Shown: one piece after another, positions 19,460-29,962 of the stretch | Position numbering within the stretch: position 1 is the stretch's first letter | Layout of the letters: every line of letters starts with the position of its first letter | From: an uncultured Gammaproteobacteria bacterium | GTDB lineage: Bacteria; Cyanobacteriota; Vampirovibrionia; LMEP-6097 | Length of the DNA stretch: 64,000 nucleotides | Assembly (NCBI GenBank): GCA_964517685.1 | Contig: CAZFCF010000011.1 | Coordinates: 3,630 to 67,629 of the forward strand | Direction: 5' to 3' | Notes under the pieces: generated by a model | Seen by the model: only the letters and a program-made list of their open reading frames with translations | Databases searched by the model: none | Told to the model about the DNA's origin: nothing | Made by a program: the position numbers and the translations under genes

Positions 19460-20219
19460 TTCTTGATGCTGCTTTTATATTTTTGCCCAAGTAAAAAATC
19501 ACAGGTGATTTAAAAGATTTATCAATTAATTCTTGGCTGAGATTCTCTATATTCGTTTCTATAATTCTTTGGTCTTGCAGGCTACCGTTTTCAATAGCAA
19601 TTACCGGGAGAGTTTCACAAGCTCTACTCTTGAAGAAATTACAGATATCTACGATATTACTCAAGCCCATGTAGGCAATCAGCGTGCCGCCATTAGAGAT
19701 GAAGTTTAACCATTGGGCACCTTTATTCTCACAAAAATCATGAGCAGTAACTAACATCACGCTGTCACTTTGTTCTCTAAGAGTAATAGTTACATTGTTT
19801 AAGCTAGCTAGCGATAGACCACTAGTTAGTCCTGGAATAACTTCTGTTTCAAAGCCGTGTTCTGTTGCTAAATTGAATTCTTCAATACCGCGGGCGAAAA
19901 CCAATGGGTCACCGCCTTTCAACCTAAGCACGGTTTTACCTTGCTTGAGAAACTTTAAAATCAAAGAATTAATTTCTTCTTGTTTGCCTTTGCTGGAATT
20001 TTTCCTTTTGCCAACAAAAACAAATCTATCTATATTCTCATCATTGTTAATATCAAAATTCTCACCAAATGCAAAATCAAAGATTTTGAGATTAACTAAA
20101 CTATCGTAAAGAATCACATCAGCAGTTTTAATGGCTTTGAGTCCTTTAATAGTCATTAATTCAGGATCACCAGGTCCAGCGCCAACTAAGATTAATTTAG
20201 CTTGATTGTTTTTCTGCAT
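19422..20219 (-). CDS. cobA: Uroporphyrinogen-III C-methyltransferase
   Basis: LVGAGPGDPELMTIKG, VILYDSLV, RLKGGDPLVFARG.EE, IPGLTS. Confidence 0.92.
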   Translation of the reverse strand: MQKNNQAKLILVGAGPGDPELMTIKGLKAIKTADVILYDSLVNLKIFDFAFGENFDINNDENIDRFVFVGKRKNSSKGKQEEINSLILKFLKQGKTVLRLKGGDPLVFARGIEEFNLATEHGFETEVIPGLTSGLSLASLNNVTITLREQSDSVMLVTAHDFCENKGAQWLNFISNGGTLIAYMGLSNIVDICNFFKSRACETLPVIAIENGSLQDQRIIETNIENLSQELIDKSFKSPVIFYLGKNIKAASRIKKDQLILSQDK

Positions 20220-20832
20220 GGTTCTCCTGTCCTAATTTTTTGAATTGTCTTTCTGTAAACCAACGAATTAATTTTGATCTTCTGCTGAATTGTTTTTCGT
20301 CTGAGATTTTTTCTTGGACCTTGGTTCTGAATTCTGAGATTACTGGAATTAACTTAGAATATTTCTCTACAAAGTTTCTTTGCAGATCAAGTCTCATCTT
20401 TTGAGCTACAGAAGGCGCATTACCATTGGTACTTATGGCAATTTTAATTGATTCATGTTCTACGATACTTGGCACATAGAAATCACAATACTCGGGTTCA
20501 TCGACAGAGTTAACTAATATGCCCTGATCTCTGCAACGATTCGCAATAGCATTATTCATTTCTGGATTATTAGTTGCTGCAATAACTAGAAATGCATTAA
20601 GCTCATCTCCCCAATCGTATTCACGCTCAATGAATTCAATTTTACGTTTATAAGGAAACTCTCCTTCGCAAGCTTTTACTTCTTCCATAATAGTTGGAGC
20701 AATAACTTTAAGTTTAGCCTCGGTATTAATCAAGCCAACAAGCTTCTGTAGTGCAATCAAGCCACCTCCGACAAGGAGAACTTGTTTGTCTTTTAGTTTT
20801 AAAAATATGGGATATAGTGTATTTTCTATCAT
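20197..20832 (-). CDS. Precorrin-2 dehydrogenase/sirohydrochlorin ferrochelatase (CysG N-terminal/SirC-like)
   Basis: YPIFLKL, LVGGGLIA, VNSVDEP..CDFYVPS, IAISTNG.APS. Confidence 0.9.
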   Translation of the reverse strand: MIENTLYPIFLKLKDKQVLLVGGGLIALQKLVGLINTEAKLKVIAPTIMEEVKACEGEFPYKRKIEFIEREYDWGDELNAFLVIAATNNPEMNNAIANRCRDQGILVNSVDEPEYCDFYVPSIVEHESIKIAISTNGNAPSVAQKMRLDLQRNFVEKYSKLIPVISEFRTKVQEKISDEKQFSRRSKLIRWFTERQFKKLGQENHAEKQSS

Positions 20833-20841
20833 TAAACCCTC

Positions 20842-20889
20842 TTTAAGGAGTCATATATTTTGCTTCCCAAAATACATGAGCTCCTTAAA
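20842..20889. other. Long intercistronic hairpin in the cys operon
   Basis: TTTAAGGAG.TCAT.TATTTTG-loop-CAAAATA.ATGA.CTCCTTAAA, next to the ribosome-binding site of the 20832 gene. Confidence 0.6.
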
Positions 20890-20926
20890 TTATTCGATAA
20901 ATGACACTCTCGATTATTGTAATACA

Positions 20927-21676
20927 TCAAATTACAAACTCCCCGCCTTGCTCCTGCTCAGAATCCTGTAAATGGATCCCACACTCGATTTTGTCTTTGC
21001 CAACCCAACGACCTTGTCTATCTATACCAGGCTTAGTACATGGCTCGCAACCAATACTGTCGTAACCTTGATCTAGAAGCCTATTGTAAGGGACTTCATT
21101 TTCATGAATATATTTCCAAATATCAGATTTAGTCCATTTAATAAGTGGATTGATTTTACCAAGTTTAAATTTCTTGTCGTATTCAATAGCTTTAGCCTTA
21201 GCCCTTACTTCAGTTTGATCGCGTCTAATAGAAGTAATCCAAGCGAATTTATTTTCAAGTAAATTTGCTAAGGGTACTAGTTTGCGTATATAGCAGCATT
21301 GATCTGGATCGCGCTCGTAGAGATTCTTGCCATACTTTGCTTCCTGCTCTTCTATAGTAAGTTTAGGTTGAATCATTTCTATAGGAAGTCCATATTTAGC
21401 TTCCAGCTTATCTTTTAATTCTAAAGTCTCTTTGAATTGATAGTTGGTATCTAGATTCGCAATTAAAAAATTCTCGCGATTTTTAATTTTGCTTTCAGTA
21501 AAAATTTCACTGAGAATATGCAAGATTACGCAACCTTCTGGACCAAAAGCAGTGAGAAAAACAACTTTACCTTTTGGTAAAAATTCCTCAAGGCTGTATT
21601 GTAGAATTTCTTTAGCAGTTTTATCTTCGAAAGGATCACCAATTGAATTCCAGTCAATATCAAGGCTAAGAGACAT
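20927..21676 (-). CDS. cysH: (P)APS reductase, Fe-S APS-reductase type
   Basis: LDTNYQF, CCYIRK, IRRDQ, GYDSIGCEPCT, GRW, ECGIH. Confidence 0.92.
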   Translation of the reverse strand: MSLSLDIDWNSIGDPFEDKTAKEILQYSLEEFLPKGKVVFLTAFGPEGCVILHILSEIFTESKIKNRENFLIANLDTNYQFKETLELKDKLEAKYGLPIEMIQPKLTIEEQEAKYGKNLYERDPDQCCYIRKLVPLANLLENKFAWITSIRRDQTEVRAKAKAIEYDKKFKLGKINPLIKWTKSDIWKYIHENEVPYNRLLDQGYDSIGCEPCTKPGIDRQGRWVGKDKIECGIHLQDSEQEQGGEFVI

Positions 21677-23273
21677 TAGCTAATGCCTCACTTTGGATCT
21701 TTACTAACCCAGTTCTATCAACGAAGCTTCTAAAGTTTTCCTCTGCTTCTTTCTTTGCAAAGTAGTAATTGAATAAATCACGCAAAGTAGTGTGAATGTT
21801 TTTGTGGAGAAATCTCCCTTCTAATGGCTGTCCAAACTGTGCTTCATCACCCAACCTGCCACCTAAGAAAATTCTAAAGGCATCTTGCATTTCTTCATTT
21901 TCACCTTTGACTTTGCAGCCCACTAATCCAATATCAGCAATAGAATATTGCGCGCAGTTATTAGGGCAGCCTGTAACAGAGATCATGACTTGCTCCTGAA
22001 GATTTGGAAATTCTTGATCTAAGTAATTGAATAACTCCTTGGCTTTAACTTTAGTTTCAACGATAGCTAGATTGCAGAACTCTGTTCCGGTGCAGGCTAC
22101 ACCCAAACGTGAAAATGCTGAATGTTCTACTTTCAGCCCCATTGCTTTGGCTTCATGAGTTAAAGCATTAACTTTAGCTTCTGGGACATTTACAAGAATC
22201 AAGTTTTGTTTATTAGTAGTTCTAACTTCACCGCCTTCAGTATATTTCTCAACTAAAGTTGCGATGTTCTCCAAATCAGTTTTAAAAGCTCTACCGCTAA
22301 TGAAAGCTATACCTACTGCATAGAGTCCATTTTTAAGTTTGGTGATTCCCAGATGGTCATGGTGACTGCATTTAGGGCTAGGGAAATATTCTACAGCACC
22401 TGTATTCATGGTATGAATTTGTGGAACTCTTTCTAATTGATAGCCTAAAACTTTTTCAGTTTCCTCTAGGAATTTTTCTACTCCCCATTCTTCGACTAAG
22501 AATTTAATTCTTGCTTTTGGTCTTTTATCTCTAAAGCCATTATCTCTATATACAGTAGTGACTGCTGTAATTACTGCATTGGCTTGATCACGAGGAATAA
22601 ACACGGGGAAATTCTTGGCAATAATTGGTTTGGTACTTAAGCCACCACCGACTTTGAGGCTAAAGCCGATAGCTCCAGAGTTTGGATGTTTAACTCCAAC
22701 CAATGAAACGCAATTGATATCAGGTTGTGAGCACCAGGTTGAGCAACCAGTTACTGACATTTTATATTTGCGTGGTAAATTAGAAAAATCTCTATTGCGA
22801 TTAAAATGAGTTTCAATATTCATCAGCTCAGGACTTGCATCGAAAATCTCATCTTCAGTTAAACCTGCAAGAGGGCAACCAGTAATATTTCTGGTGATAT
22901 CTCCGCAAGCTCCAGCACTGTCCATGCCCACGCTTGCCAGTTCTTTTATTATTTCTGGAATACTTTCAATCCGTATCCAGTGCATTTGTACTGCTTGCCT
23001 TGTTGTGATGTCTAAAACGCCATTTGCATGCTTATTGGAAATTTCATTTAATTTCAAAAGTTGTTTTTGATTTAGTTTTCCGCCTGGAACTTTAATACGC
23101 ATCATGAAGTAACCATCTTCTTTAGGTTTCTGCGCATAGACTCCGTACCATTTAAAAAGGGGCACTAATTCAGGATCAATTGCTGAATGTCCAATTTTGG
23201 CTGCCTCTTCTATGTGTGACCACACATCCAGACCGTCAATTTTTGCTTTTAATTCTTCTATTTCTGTCACCAT
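21666..23273 (-). CDS. sir: Ferredoxin-dependent sulfite(/nitrite) reductase
   Basis: FMMRIKVPGG, TTRQ, RNITGCP, NLPRKYK, CTGTEFC...GCPNNC; co-transcribed with cysH and siroheme genes. Confidence 0.85.
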   Translation of the reverse strand: MVTEIEELKAKIDGLDVWSHIEEAAKIGHSAIDPELVPLFKWYGVYAQKPKEDGYFMMRIKVPGGKLNQKQLLKLNEISNKHANGVLDITTRQAVQMHWIRIESIPEIIKELASVGMDSAGACGDITRNITGCPLAGLTEDEIFDASPELMNIETHFNRNRDFSNLPRKYKMSVTGCSTWCSQPDINCVSLVGVKHPNSGAIGFSLKVGGGLSTKPIIAKNFPVFIPRDQANAVITAVTTVYRDNGFRDKRPKARIKFLVEEWGVEKFLEETEKVLGYQLERVPQIHTMNTGAVEYFPSPKCSHHDHLGITKLKNGLYAVGIAFISGRAFKTDLENIATLVEKYTEGGEVRTTNKQNLILVNVPEAKVNALTHEAKAMGLKVEHSAFSRLGVACTGTEFCNLAIVETKVKAKELFNYLDQEFPNLQEQVMISVTGCPNNCAQYSIADIGLVGCKVKGENEEMQDAFRIFLGGRLGDEAQFGQPLEGRFLHKNIHTTLRDLFNYYFAKKEAEENFRSFVDRTGLVKIQSEALANVS

Positions 23274-23297
23274 AAGTAATATTCTAGAATATTACTT

Positions 23298-23630
23298 ATG
23301 AATACTGAGTTTTTATTTTGTTATATTCCTTGTCCAAGCGAAGAACTAGCAATAACCATTGCTAAAGAGCTTGTAACTAATAAGCTTGCTGCTTGCGCGA
23401 ATATTTTGCCATCAGTTAAATCTATTTATATGTGGAATTCTGTTTTGCAAGAAGATACTGAAGTAATTTTAATTGCCAAAACCAGCAAAGAAGTTTTTCC
23501 TAGTCTCGAAAAGAAAGTATTAGAAATGCATGATTATGAGTGTCCCTGCATTATAGCCTTGAATATTAGTGAAATGAATGAAGCTTACGCTACTTGGTTT
23601 TTGCAGAGTTGCCAAGTTCCACAGTCTTAA
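23298..23630 (+). CDS. cutA: Divalent-cation tolerance protein CutA
   Basis: LAACANI, SIYMW, KT, HDYECPCII. Confidence 0.92.
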   Translation: MNTEFLFCYIPCPSEELAITIAKELVTNKLAACANILPSVKSIYMWNSVLQEDTEVILIAKTSKEVFPSLEKKVLEMHDYECPCIIALNISEMNEAYATWFLQSCQVPQS

Positions 23631-24771
23631 CCGGTACAAACCTTGCATCTTTAACTTGATAGATTACAAAATCAGGATTTAATAAGTCACCATTTGGATT
23701 AAAGATTTTATTTTTAGCAAGAGTTTGAGCAATCGCTTGTGAGCTCTTATTGAAATGACTTGCTTCAATAGCCTCAATTAGAATGTTAGTAGCCTCGTAG
23801 CTTGAACTTACATAACCACTAATTGGTTTGCCAAATCTAGTTTCGTATCTTTTAGCAAGCTCATCGGATGCTGCCTTAGAGCCAATCACTAAGCTGTTTT
23901 CAGCATCTTCGCCCGCAATATTTATAAACTGTTGTTGATGAACGCCTTCAGCACCAAGGAATTTTGATTCAGGCATAAGTTTTCTTATATCTTTGAGTAA
24001 ATAAGCTGCATCGTTATATTCACCAATAAAAAATATTAGGTCGGGATTGAATTTGGAAACTTCAATAGCAGTTTTTCTATGATTAGCAGTTCTTACTGGA
24101 ATAGCATGAGACATTACGATTTCAATCTCTGGATGCTTAGCAGCTTTTTTGTCAAATTCGCTAGCAACTGATTTACCATAAACTCTATCGTTATAGAGAA
24201 CGGCAACAGTTTTTATCTCGGGATGATCGCTGATGTATTTGAGAGCAGCTTTGGCGAGTTGTCTATCAGTGCCAATTGTTCTATAAACAAAACCTTTAAC
24301 AGCTTGTCTTTCAGTTAATATCGGGTTTGTTGAAGCAGGAGAAATTTGAGCGATTTTGTTTTTTGAATATTTAGTAGAAGTTTCGATTGAAATCTCAGAG
24401 TTCAAATGTCCAATTACTCCTAGAGCCTCTTCTGCAATAACTATATCTGCACGGGCAATTCCCTCAGAGACCATTCCACCATCATCAATAATGATTGTGC
24501 CGATTTTGTTTTTAGAATCTTTTTGCTTAGCATTATATTCTTCTACAGCAAGGCTAGATCCCTCAATAATAGTGTTACCGAGTTCTCTATAAGGACCAGT
24601 TAATGGTGCCGCAATAGCAATATAGTAATTGCCGTCTATAGTTCTTACTTCAAGGGCATCCTCTTTTTTAAATTCTGTAGTTTTTTGTTTCGGTGTTTTT
24701 GAACAAGAGCTCAAAATTAACAAAAATAAGAATCCATATATAAGAGGTTTGTGAAATTTCATAATTGGCAT
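23590..24771 (-). CDS. Branched-chain amino acid ABC-type substrate-binding lipoprotein
   Basis: Lipobox LSSC, APLTGP, VIGHLNS, QISPASTNP.LT, YRTIGTD. Confidence 0.85.
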   Translation of the reverse strand: MPIMKFHKPLIYGFLFLLILSSCSKTPKQKTTEFKKEDALEVRTIDGNYYIAIAAPLTGPYRELGNTIIEGSSLAVEEYNAKQKDSKNKIGTIIIDDGGMVSEGIARADIVIAEEALGVIGHLNSEISIETSTKYSKNKIAQISPASTNPILTERQAVKGFVYRTIGTDRQLAKAALKYISDHPEIKTVAVLYNDRVYGKSVASEFDKKAAKHPEIEIVMSHAIPVRTANHRKTAIEVSKFNPDLIFFIGEYNDAAYLLKDIRKLMPESKFLGAEGVHQQQFINIAGEDAENSLVIGSKAASDELAKRYETRFGKPISGYVSSSYEATNILIEAIEASHFNKSSQAIAQTLAKNKIFNPNGDLLNPDFVIYQVKDARFVPVKTVELGNSAKTK

Positions 24772-24830
24772 ACCTTTATAAGTATATCCTAGCTTGAGAT
24801 AGAATTATTCTCGATGAAGGCGGTATTTTA

Positions 24831-25715
24831 ATGGCTGTTGAATTACAGGGCAATTTGAAAAAACTTTCACATGAATTAAATGATAATCAGGTTGATTATT
24901 ATTTTCGTGTAGTTGAGAAGTGTAAATCTGCTCAGCAGGAGGAAATCAAGCAAGAGCTAGCTTTTAATCAATTTCTAGGAAAGAAAATTTCCTTGGATTT
25001 TTTAGGCGAAATAAATTGTGTTGCTTGCGGGCGAGCTGTAAAAAAATCTTTTAATAATGGTTATTGTTTTCCTTGTTTAAGTAAGCTGGCTGAGTGTGAT
25101 ATTTGCATCGTTAAACCAGAACTTTGCCATTATGATAAGGGCACTTGTCGTGATAAGGATTTTGCTACTGAGCATTGCAATATTAATCACAGTCTGTATC
25201 TATCTTTGACAAGTGGTTTGAAAATTGGCGTGACCAGGCAATATCAAGAAAAGTCTAGATGGATTGATCAGGGTGCAGTTAAGGCTATAAGGTTATTAAC
25301 TCTAAAACGTAGATATCATGCAGGTTTGATAGAAGTAAAGCTTGCTAAGCAAATGGCTGATAAAACTAATTGGAGAAAAATGCTTACAAATCAAATTGAT
25401 GAGGTTGATTTAGTTGAAAGTAGAAATAAAGTTTTAGAGCTGATTAAAACAGATATAAAAGCAAATAGTTTTTCCGAAGATCTGAATTATATTTTTGAAG
25501 AAGAAGCAATTCTGGAAAATAATTTAAATCAAGTTCAAGAAATTTCTTATCCCTTGCTGGAAATCCCTACAAAGATCAATAGCTTTAATTTAGATAAAGA
25601 TCCTCATCTGGAGGGTGTTCTATTGGGTATTAAAGGACAATATTTAATTTTTGATACTGGGGTTATTAATATTCGTAAGTATGCTGGCTATAGAATTAAA
25701 CTACAATTAGAGTAG
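24831..25715 (+). CDS. DUF2797 domain Cys-rich protein
   Basis: CVACG..KKSFNNGYCFPC, KPELCH, KIGVTR, RWIDQGA, DKTNWRKML, GIKGQYL. Confidence 0.85.
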   Translation: MAVELQGNLKKLSHELNDNQVDYYFRVVEKCKSAQQEEIKQELAFNQFLGKKISLDFLGEINCVACGRAVKKSFNNGYCFPCLSKLAECDICIVKPELCHYDKGTCRDKDFATEHCNINHSLYLSLTSGLKIGVTRQYQEKSRWIDQGAVKAIRLLTLKRRYHAGLIEVKLAKQMADKTNWRKMLTNQIDEVDLVESRNKVLELIKTDIKANSFSEDLNYIFEEEAILENNLNQVQEISYPLLEIPTKINSFNLDKDPHLEGVLLGIKGQYLIFDTGVINIRKYAGYRIKLQLE

Positions 25716-25729
25716 ATCTAGAATCATGT

Positions 25730-27769
25730 ATGCAAAGCCCTAAAAAAGATACTTTTAAAGTAATTAGTTCTTATCAAGCTGCTGGTGATCAACCAAAAGC
25801 AATAGAGGAAATTGCAAAAAGAGTTGAAGAAAATCTGCCGCGACAAGTTTTATTGGGAATTACTGGTAGTGGTAAAACTTTTACGGTAGCTAATATTATT
25901 GAAAAAACACAGAGAGCTGCATTGGTATTGGCTCATAACAAAACTTTAGCCGGACAACTCTGTAATGAATTCAAAGAATTCTTTCCTGAAAATAGAGTCG
26001 AATATTTTATTAGTTACTATGATTACTATCAACCAGAAAGCTATATACCGCATAGCGACACCTATATAGAAAAAACTTCTAAGATTAATGATGATATTGA
26101 TCGTCTGCGTTATGCAACAACTCGCGCGATCTTTGAAAGAAATGATGTTGTTATAGTCGCTTCTGTTAGTTGTATCTATGGTTTGGGAATCCCAGAGCTT
26201 TACTATGAATCAGCTATGCCACTTAAAATCGGCATGCAACTAGATCTTAAAAAGTTTTTATTAAAGCTTGTGGACATGCAATATCGCAGAAATGATATTC
26301 AATTACTGCGTGGACTGTTTAGAGTAAGGGGTGAAATTGTTGAAATTCGTCAACCCGATGAAGAAAGAATTCTCAGAATAGAATTTTTTGGTGATGAAAT
26401 AGAACGTATATTGTACGTGGACAATATCACAGGTGAGGTTCTGGAGATTTTAGAAGAAGTGAATGTTTATCCTGCTAAGCATTATGTAACTGATGAACAA
26501 AGCTTAGAGAGAGCTGTTGTGCAGATTGAAAAAGAACTCGAAGAAAGGCTTTTTGAACTCAGATCTCAGGGTAAAGATGTAGAAGCTCAGAGGCTCAAGC
26601 AAAGAACTAAATACGATGTTGAGATGATCAAGGAAGTTGGTTATTGTACAGGTATTGAAAACTATTCTAGAATCCTTGAAGGCAGAGCGCCGGGTACTGC
26701 GCCAAATGTTTTGATTGATTATATGAATCGTCGTTACGGTGACTATGGCTGGACTTGCTATATAGATGAGTCGCATATGACTTTGCCACAGCTTAAGGCT
26801 ATGTATCATGGTGATCGCACTCGTAAACAAACTTTAGTTGATTATGGTTTTAGACTTCCCTGCGCGATTGATAACCGTCCTCTTAAATATGATGAGTTCG
26901 TTGCTAAGGTTAAACAGATAGTTTATATCTCCGCAACTCCAAGTGATGAGGAGCTTGCAGAGGCTGGTGATGCTGTTACTGAGCTGGTTATACGACCGAC
27001 TGGACTTGTGGATCCTGAAGTTGAAGTATGTCCTACTGAAGGTCAAATTGATCGCTTGATAGATGAAATAAAAAGCAACAAAGGTAAAGTCATCATCAAT
27101 ACTCTTACCAAAAAAATGGCAGAAGATTTGAGTGAGTATTTATTTGAAAATAAAATCAGAGCTAGATACTTGCATAGTGAAATCAAAGCTTTTGAGCGCA
27201 TGAAAATTCTCAATGACCTGCGTAAGGATGAGTATGATGTTTTGGTTGGTGTAAATCTTTTGCGTGAGGGTATAGATTTGCCTGAAGTGTCTTTGGTTTG
27301 TATCCTTGATGCTGATAAAGAAGGTTTCTTAAGAAATTTTAGATCATTGATTCAAATGATAGGAAGAGCTGCAAGAAATTCTGAATCCAAAGTTTTACTT
27401 TTCGCTGACCGTACTACAGATAGCATGGCTAAAGCGATTGATGAAACCTACCGTAGGAGAGCTATTCAGATTGCTTATAATACTGAGCATGGAATAGTGC
27501 CTAAGACCATCCTCAAATCTGTTTCTAATCCTATTTTGGAGGCTTATGAAAGGCTTGGTGAAGAAGAGAAAGTCCTTGCTAATGCACTATTGGATTCAAA
27601 CAGTGCTAAGCCTATAGAAAATATGACTAAGCGAGAATTAATTCAATCTATAAATAAATTTGAAGAAGAAATGCATAATTCAGCTAAGCAGCTTGATTTT
27701 GAAACTGCCGCGAAATATCGTGATCAGTTGAAAAGTTTCCGTGAGAAGTTGGAAGAGAAAGCCAATTGA
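25730..27769 (+). CDS. uvrB: Excinuclease ABC subunit B
   Basis: GDQPKAI, GITGSGKT, YYDYYQPE, DESH, SATP, NLLREG, C-terminal UVR domain FETAAKYRD. Confidence 0.97.
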   Translation: MQSPKKDTFKVISSYQAAGDQPKAIEEIAKRVEENLPRQVLLGITGSGKTFTVANIIEKTQRAALVLAHNKTLAGQLCNEFKEFFPENRVEYFISYYDYYQPESYIPHSDTYIEKTSKINDDIDRLRYATTRAIFERNDVVIVASVSCIYGLGIPELYYESAMPLKIGMQLDLKKFLLKLVDMQYRRNDIQLLRGLFRVRGEIVEIRQPDEERILRIEFFGDEIERILYVDNITGEVLEILEEVNVYPAKHYVTDEQSLERAVVQIEKELEERLFELRSQGKDVEAQRLKQRTKYDVEMIKEVGYCTGIENYSRILEGRAPGTAPNVLIDYMNRRYGDYGWTCYIDESHMTLPQLKAMYHGDRTRKQTLVDYGFRLPCAIDNRPLKYDEFVAKVKQIVYISATPSDEELAEAGDAVTELVIRPTGLVDPEVEVCPTEGQIDRLIDEIKSNKGKVIINTLTKKMAEDLSEYLFENKIRARYLHSEIKAFERMKILNDLRKDEYDVLVGVNLLREGIDLPEVSLVCILDADKEGFLRNFRSLIQMIGRAARNSESKVLLFADRTTDSMAKAIDETYRRRAIQIAYNTEHGIVPKTILKSVSNPILEAYERLGEEEKVLANALLDSNSAKPIENMTKRELIQSINKFEEEMHNSAKQLDFETAAKYRDQLKSFREKLEEKAN

Positions 27770-27799
27770 TATCTTCCTAATATTTAAATATTAGTAAAT

Positions 27800-27826
27800 G
27801 GATTGCTTCGTTCCTCGCAATGACGG
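27800..27826. repeat. Family A short palindromic repeat
   Basis: GGATTGCTTCGTTCCTCGCAATGACGG between convergent genes. Confidence 0.8.
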
Positions 27827-27833
27827 CTCTTAT

Positions 27834-29255
27834 TTATGCTTCACCTTCGGGTAGATCGTCAGAAGAGGTAGAGTCGAGGACTGTACTAATCCCTGCAAAT
27901 TTTTTAAACTGATCACTATCTTGTCCAAGACCAAGTAAGGTGTTTATAGAATCACCACTTTCACTGCCTCCTGGCTTATAACCCAGTTCTTCTGAGGTAT
28001 TGACGTAGTTGAAAATTGTTCCACCAGATTGTAAACCTAAAGCTTCAAGAGCATTTTTACTGCGATCCATTCCTCGTTGATATGACTCCATATCACCTCG
28101 GTCAAAATTTCCACCAGAAACTTCATCCATTGGTGTTTTAGGACCAATTGGCACTTCATTTTCCCAATCCCATTGTTGTAAGTAAATTTTGCCACCTTCA
28201 TTGGTCACTTTCAGTGGACCAGGTGTAGTACCGTTTTTAATATCAGTTAAGTTAACTTTCATTGCTAGTTGAGCAAACTCTTCAGGAGATATGCCCATTT
28301 GCTCTGCCATTGATGAAGCATTATCCGCGAACATAAATTGTGCTTTCAAATAGTTGTTCAACTCTGGATCTTCAACTTTAGTAGATTTATTTGGATCTAA
28401 TATAGGCTTGCCATTAGAATCTGCTACTGGATTACCTTCCTCATCGAGAGTTGATTCGACTTGATAGAAATCTCCGCCTTCATCTTGAATGAAGAAAAAT
28501 GTTCCAGTAAGGTCTTTGCCTTTCCCGTCTTTAAACATTGGTTTCCCTTCAATGTCCTGTAGATTTGTTTCTAAGACACCACCATTAGCTGCAGTTTTGG
28601 CACCATCTTCAAACATTTTGTCAAACCATTGTCCCATTTGATCTTCAGACATATCTTTGGTATCAACACCCATTTTGTCGAGCATTGGTTTAATCTCTTG
28701 AGTCATGTCCTCAAGTAATGCTCTTTTCATCTCAAAAAGTTGAGATCGGGAAATTTCTTTAGTTACAGTCTTGCCTTCCTGTTGGCTGAGAATATTGTTC
28801 TGTGTTGCTTTTTCTAATTTCTCTTGAGCTCTTGCTAAAGCTTGGTTACCTTGGGACACATCTACCTTGCCCATGACCACTTGTTGTAGACCTTGTCCAA
28901 TCATTGTCACACCAGAAGAAATCATTGCTTGAGCGCCAGGAATTGCCATGCCCATTGCCATCATCACATGTCCCATGCCCATCATGCCAAAGCCCATGCC
29001 TTCTTTTGCATGTCCAGTTTGAACCAGATTTTTGCCTTGAATTTTTTCCTGTTCTGCTCCGCTACTGTTGTATTGTGCAATTGCAGTATATGTTTGTTGC
29101 TTCTGTTTTGCAGCTGTGGCTGTTAACATAGCTTCTTGTTGTTGTCTTTCAATATCAGCCAAGGAGCTTTTTGCGCTCATGCGATTATCATTATTACCAC
29201 TACCAATATTATTGCTAGTTAAGTTTACTTGAGGCTGATCAACAGTATTTGACAT
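27834..29255 (-). CDS. Orphan protein with Gly/Met-rich hydrophobic hairpin between coiled coils (translocator-like)
   Basis: 473-aa ORF; GMGFGMMGMGHVMMAMGMAIPGAQAMISSGVTMIGQG flanked by Q/A-rich helices. The function is inference. Confidence 0.75.
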   Translation of the reverse strand: MSNTVDQPQVNLTSNNIGSGNNDNRMSAKSSLADIERQQQEAMLTATAAKQKQQTYTAIAQYNSSGAEQEKIQGKNLVQTGHAKEGMGFGMMGMGHVMMAMGMAIPGAQAMISSGVTMIGQGLQQVVMGKVDVSQGNQALARAQEKLEKATQNNILSQQEGKTVTKEISRSQLFEMKRALLEDMTQEIKPMLDKMGVDTKDMSEDQMGQWFDKMFEDGAKTAANGGVLETNLQDIEGKPMFKDGKGKDLTGTFFFIQDEGGDFYQVESTLDEEGNPVADSNGKPILDPNKSTKVEDPELNNYLKAQFMFADNASSMAEQMGISPEEFAQLAMKVNLTDIKNGTTPGPLKVTNEGGKIYLQQWDWENEVPIGPKTPMDEVSGGNFDRGDMESYQRGMDRSKNALEALGLQSGGTIFNYVNTSEELGYKPGGSESGDSINTLLGLGQDSDQFKKFAGISTVLDSTSSDDLPEGEA

Positions 29256-29297
29256 ATTTGGGTCCTTTTAATTTTGCTCAGGATGAGAAACCTTGAC

Positions 29298-29936
29298 TTA
29301 GACGTCAAAGAAATTTTTTTCTACACAACCTTGTTCAATCATTGCATTGGTGAGGCTTGTAGCATTTTTAAAACGCGTACCTTGCCAAAGGAATTTGTGA
29401 TTTTTTAGATAATCAAAAAATACTTTTTTGTATGCTTTGATATGCCAAATTACAAATCTTGCCGCGTTGTCATGGTCTAGATGATGTAAAGGAATATGTT
29501 TGAGTACATAATCATACTTAAACATGTCCTTTGCCTTCTTTAGAGTCCTTATATCTTTTAAGTTGATATCTAGTGAGTTTGAAGCATTGATTTGAATTGT
29601 TCTCAATTCAGCTTCACTCATGCTTTCTTTGCCAATAATATATTTGTCATTAGGCATGCTGTAAATATTGATATTGTTCATTTCTGAATCTAGGCAAGTA
29701 TATGTTACTGTGCCATGATCGACTTCAAGAACTACTTGTAATTGACCTGTAGTGTCGTCAAATTTAGCTTTAATAAAAACTGTACCGCTATTGAGATGAA
29801 CACCTTTTGCGTAATGTTTTTCTTGAGCAAGAGCGCAGCGCAAAACCTCCATGATTACTGGTTTCTTAGAATAGATCTCTAGAAGATTCTCTTCATAACT
29901 TTTTGTATTTGTTGATTTTTCTTGTGTGATTGTCAT
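29298..29936 (-). CDS. Hypothetical cytoplasmic protein, middle gene of a 3-gene operon
   Basis: 212-aa ORF; GGGAG RBS; 26- and 42-bp gaps to its neighbours. Confidence 0.75.
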   Translation of the reverse strand: MTITQEKSTNTKSYEENLLEIYSKKPVIMEVLRCALAQEKHYAKGVHLNSGTVFIKAKFDDTTGQLQVVLEVDHGTVTYTCLDSEMNNINIYSMPNDKYIIGKESMSEAELRTIQINASNSLDINLKDIRTLKKAKDMFKYDYVLKHIPLHHLDHDNAARFVIWHIKAYKKVFFDYLKNHKFLWQGTRFKNATSLTNAMIEQGCVEKNFFDV

Positions 29937-29962
29937 TTTTTTGTTATTCTCCCTGCTTGAAA

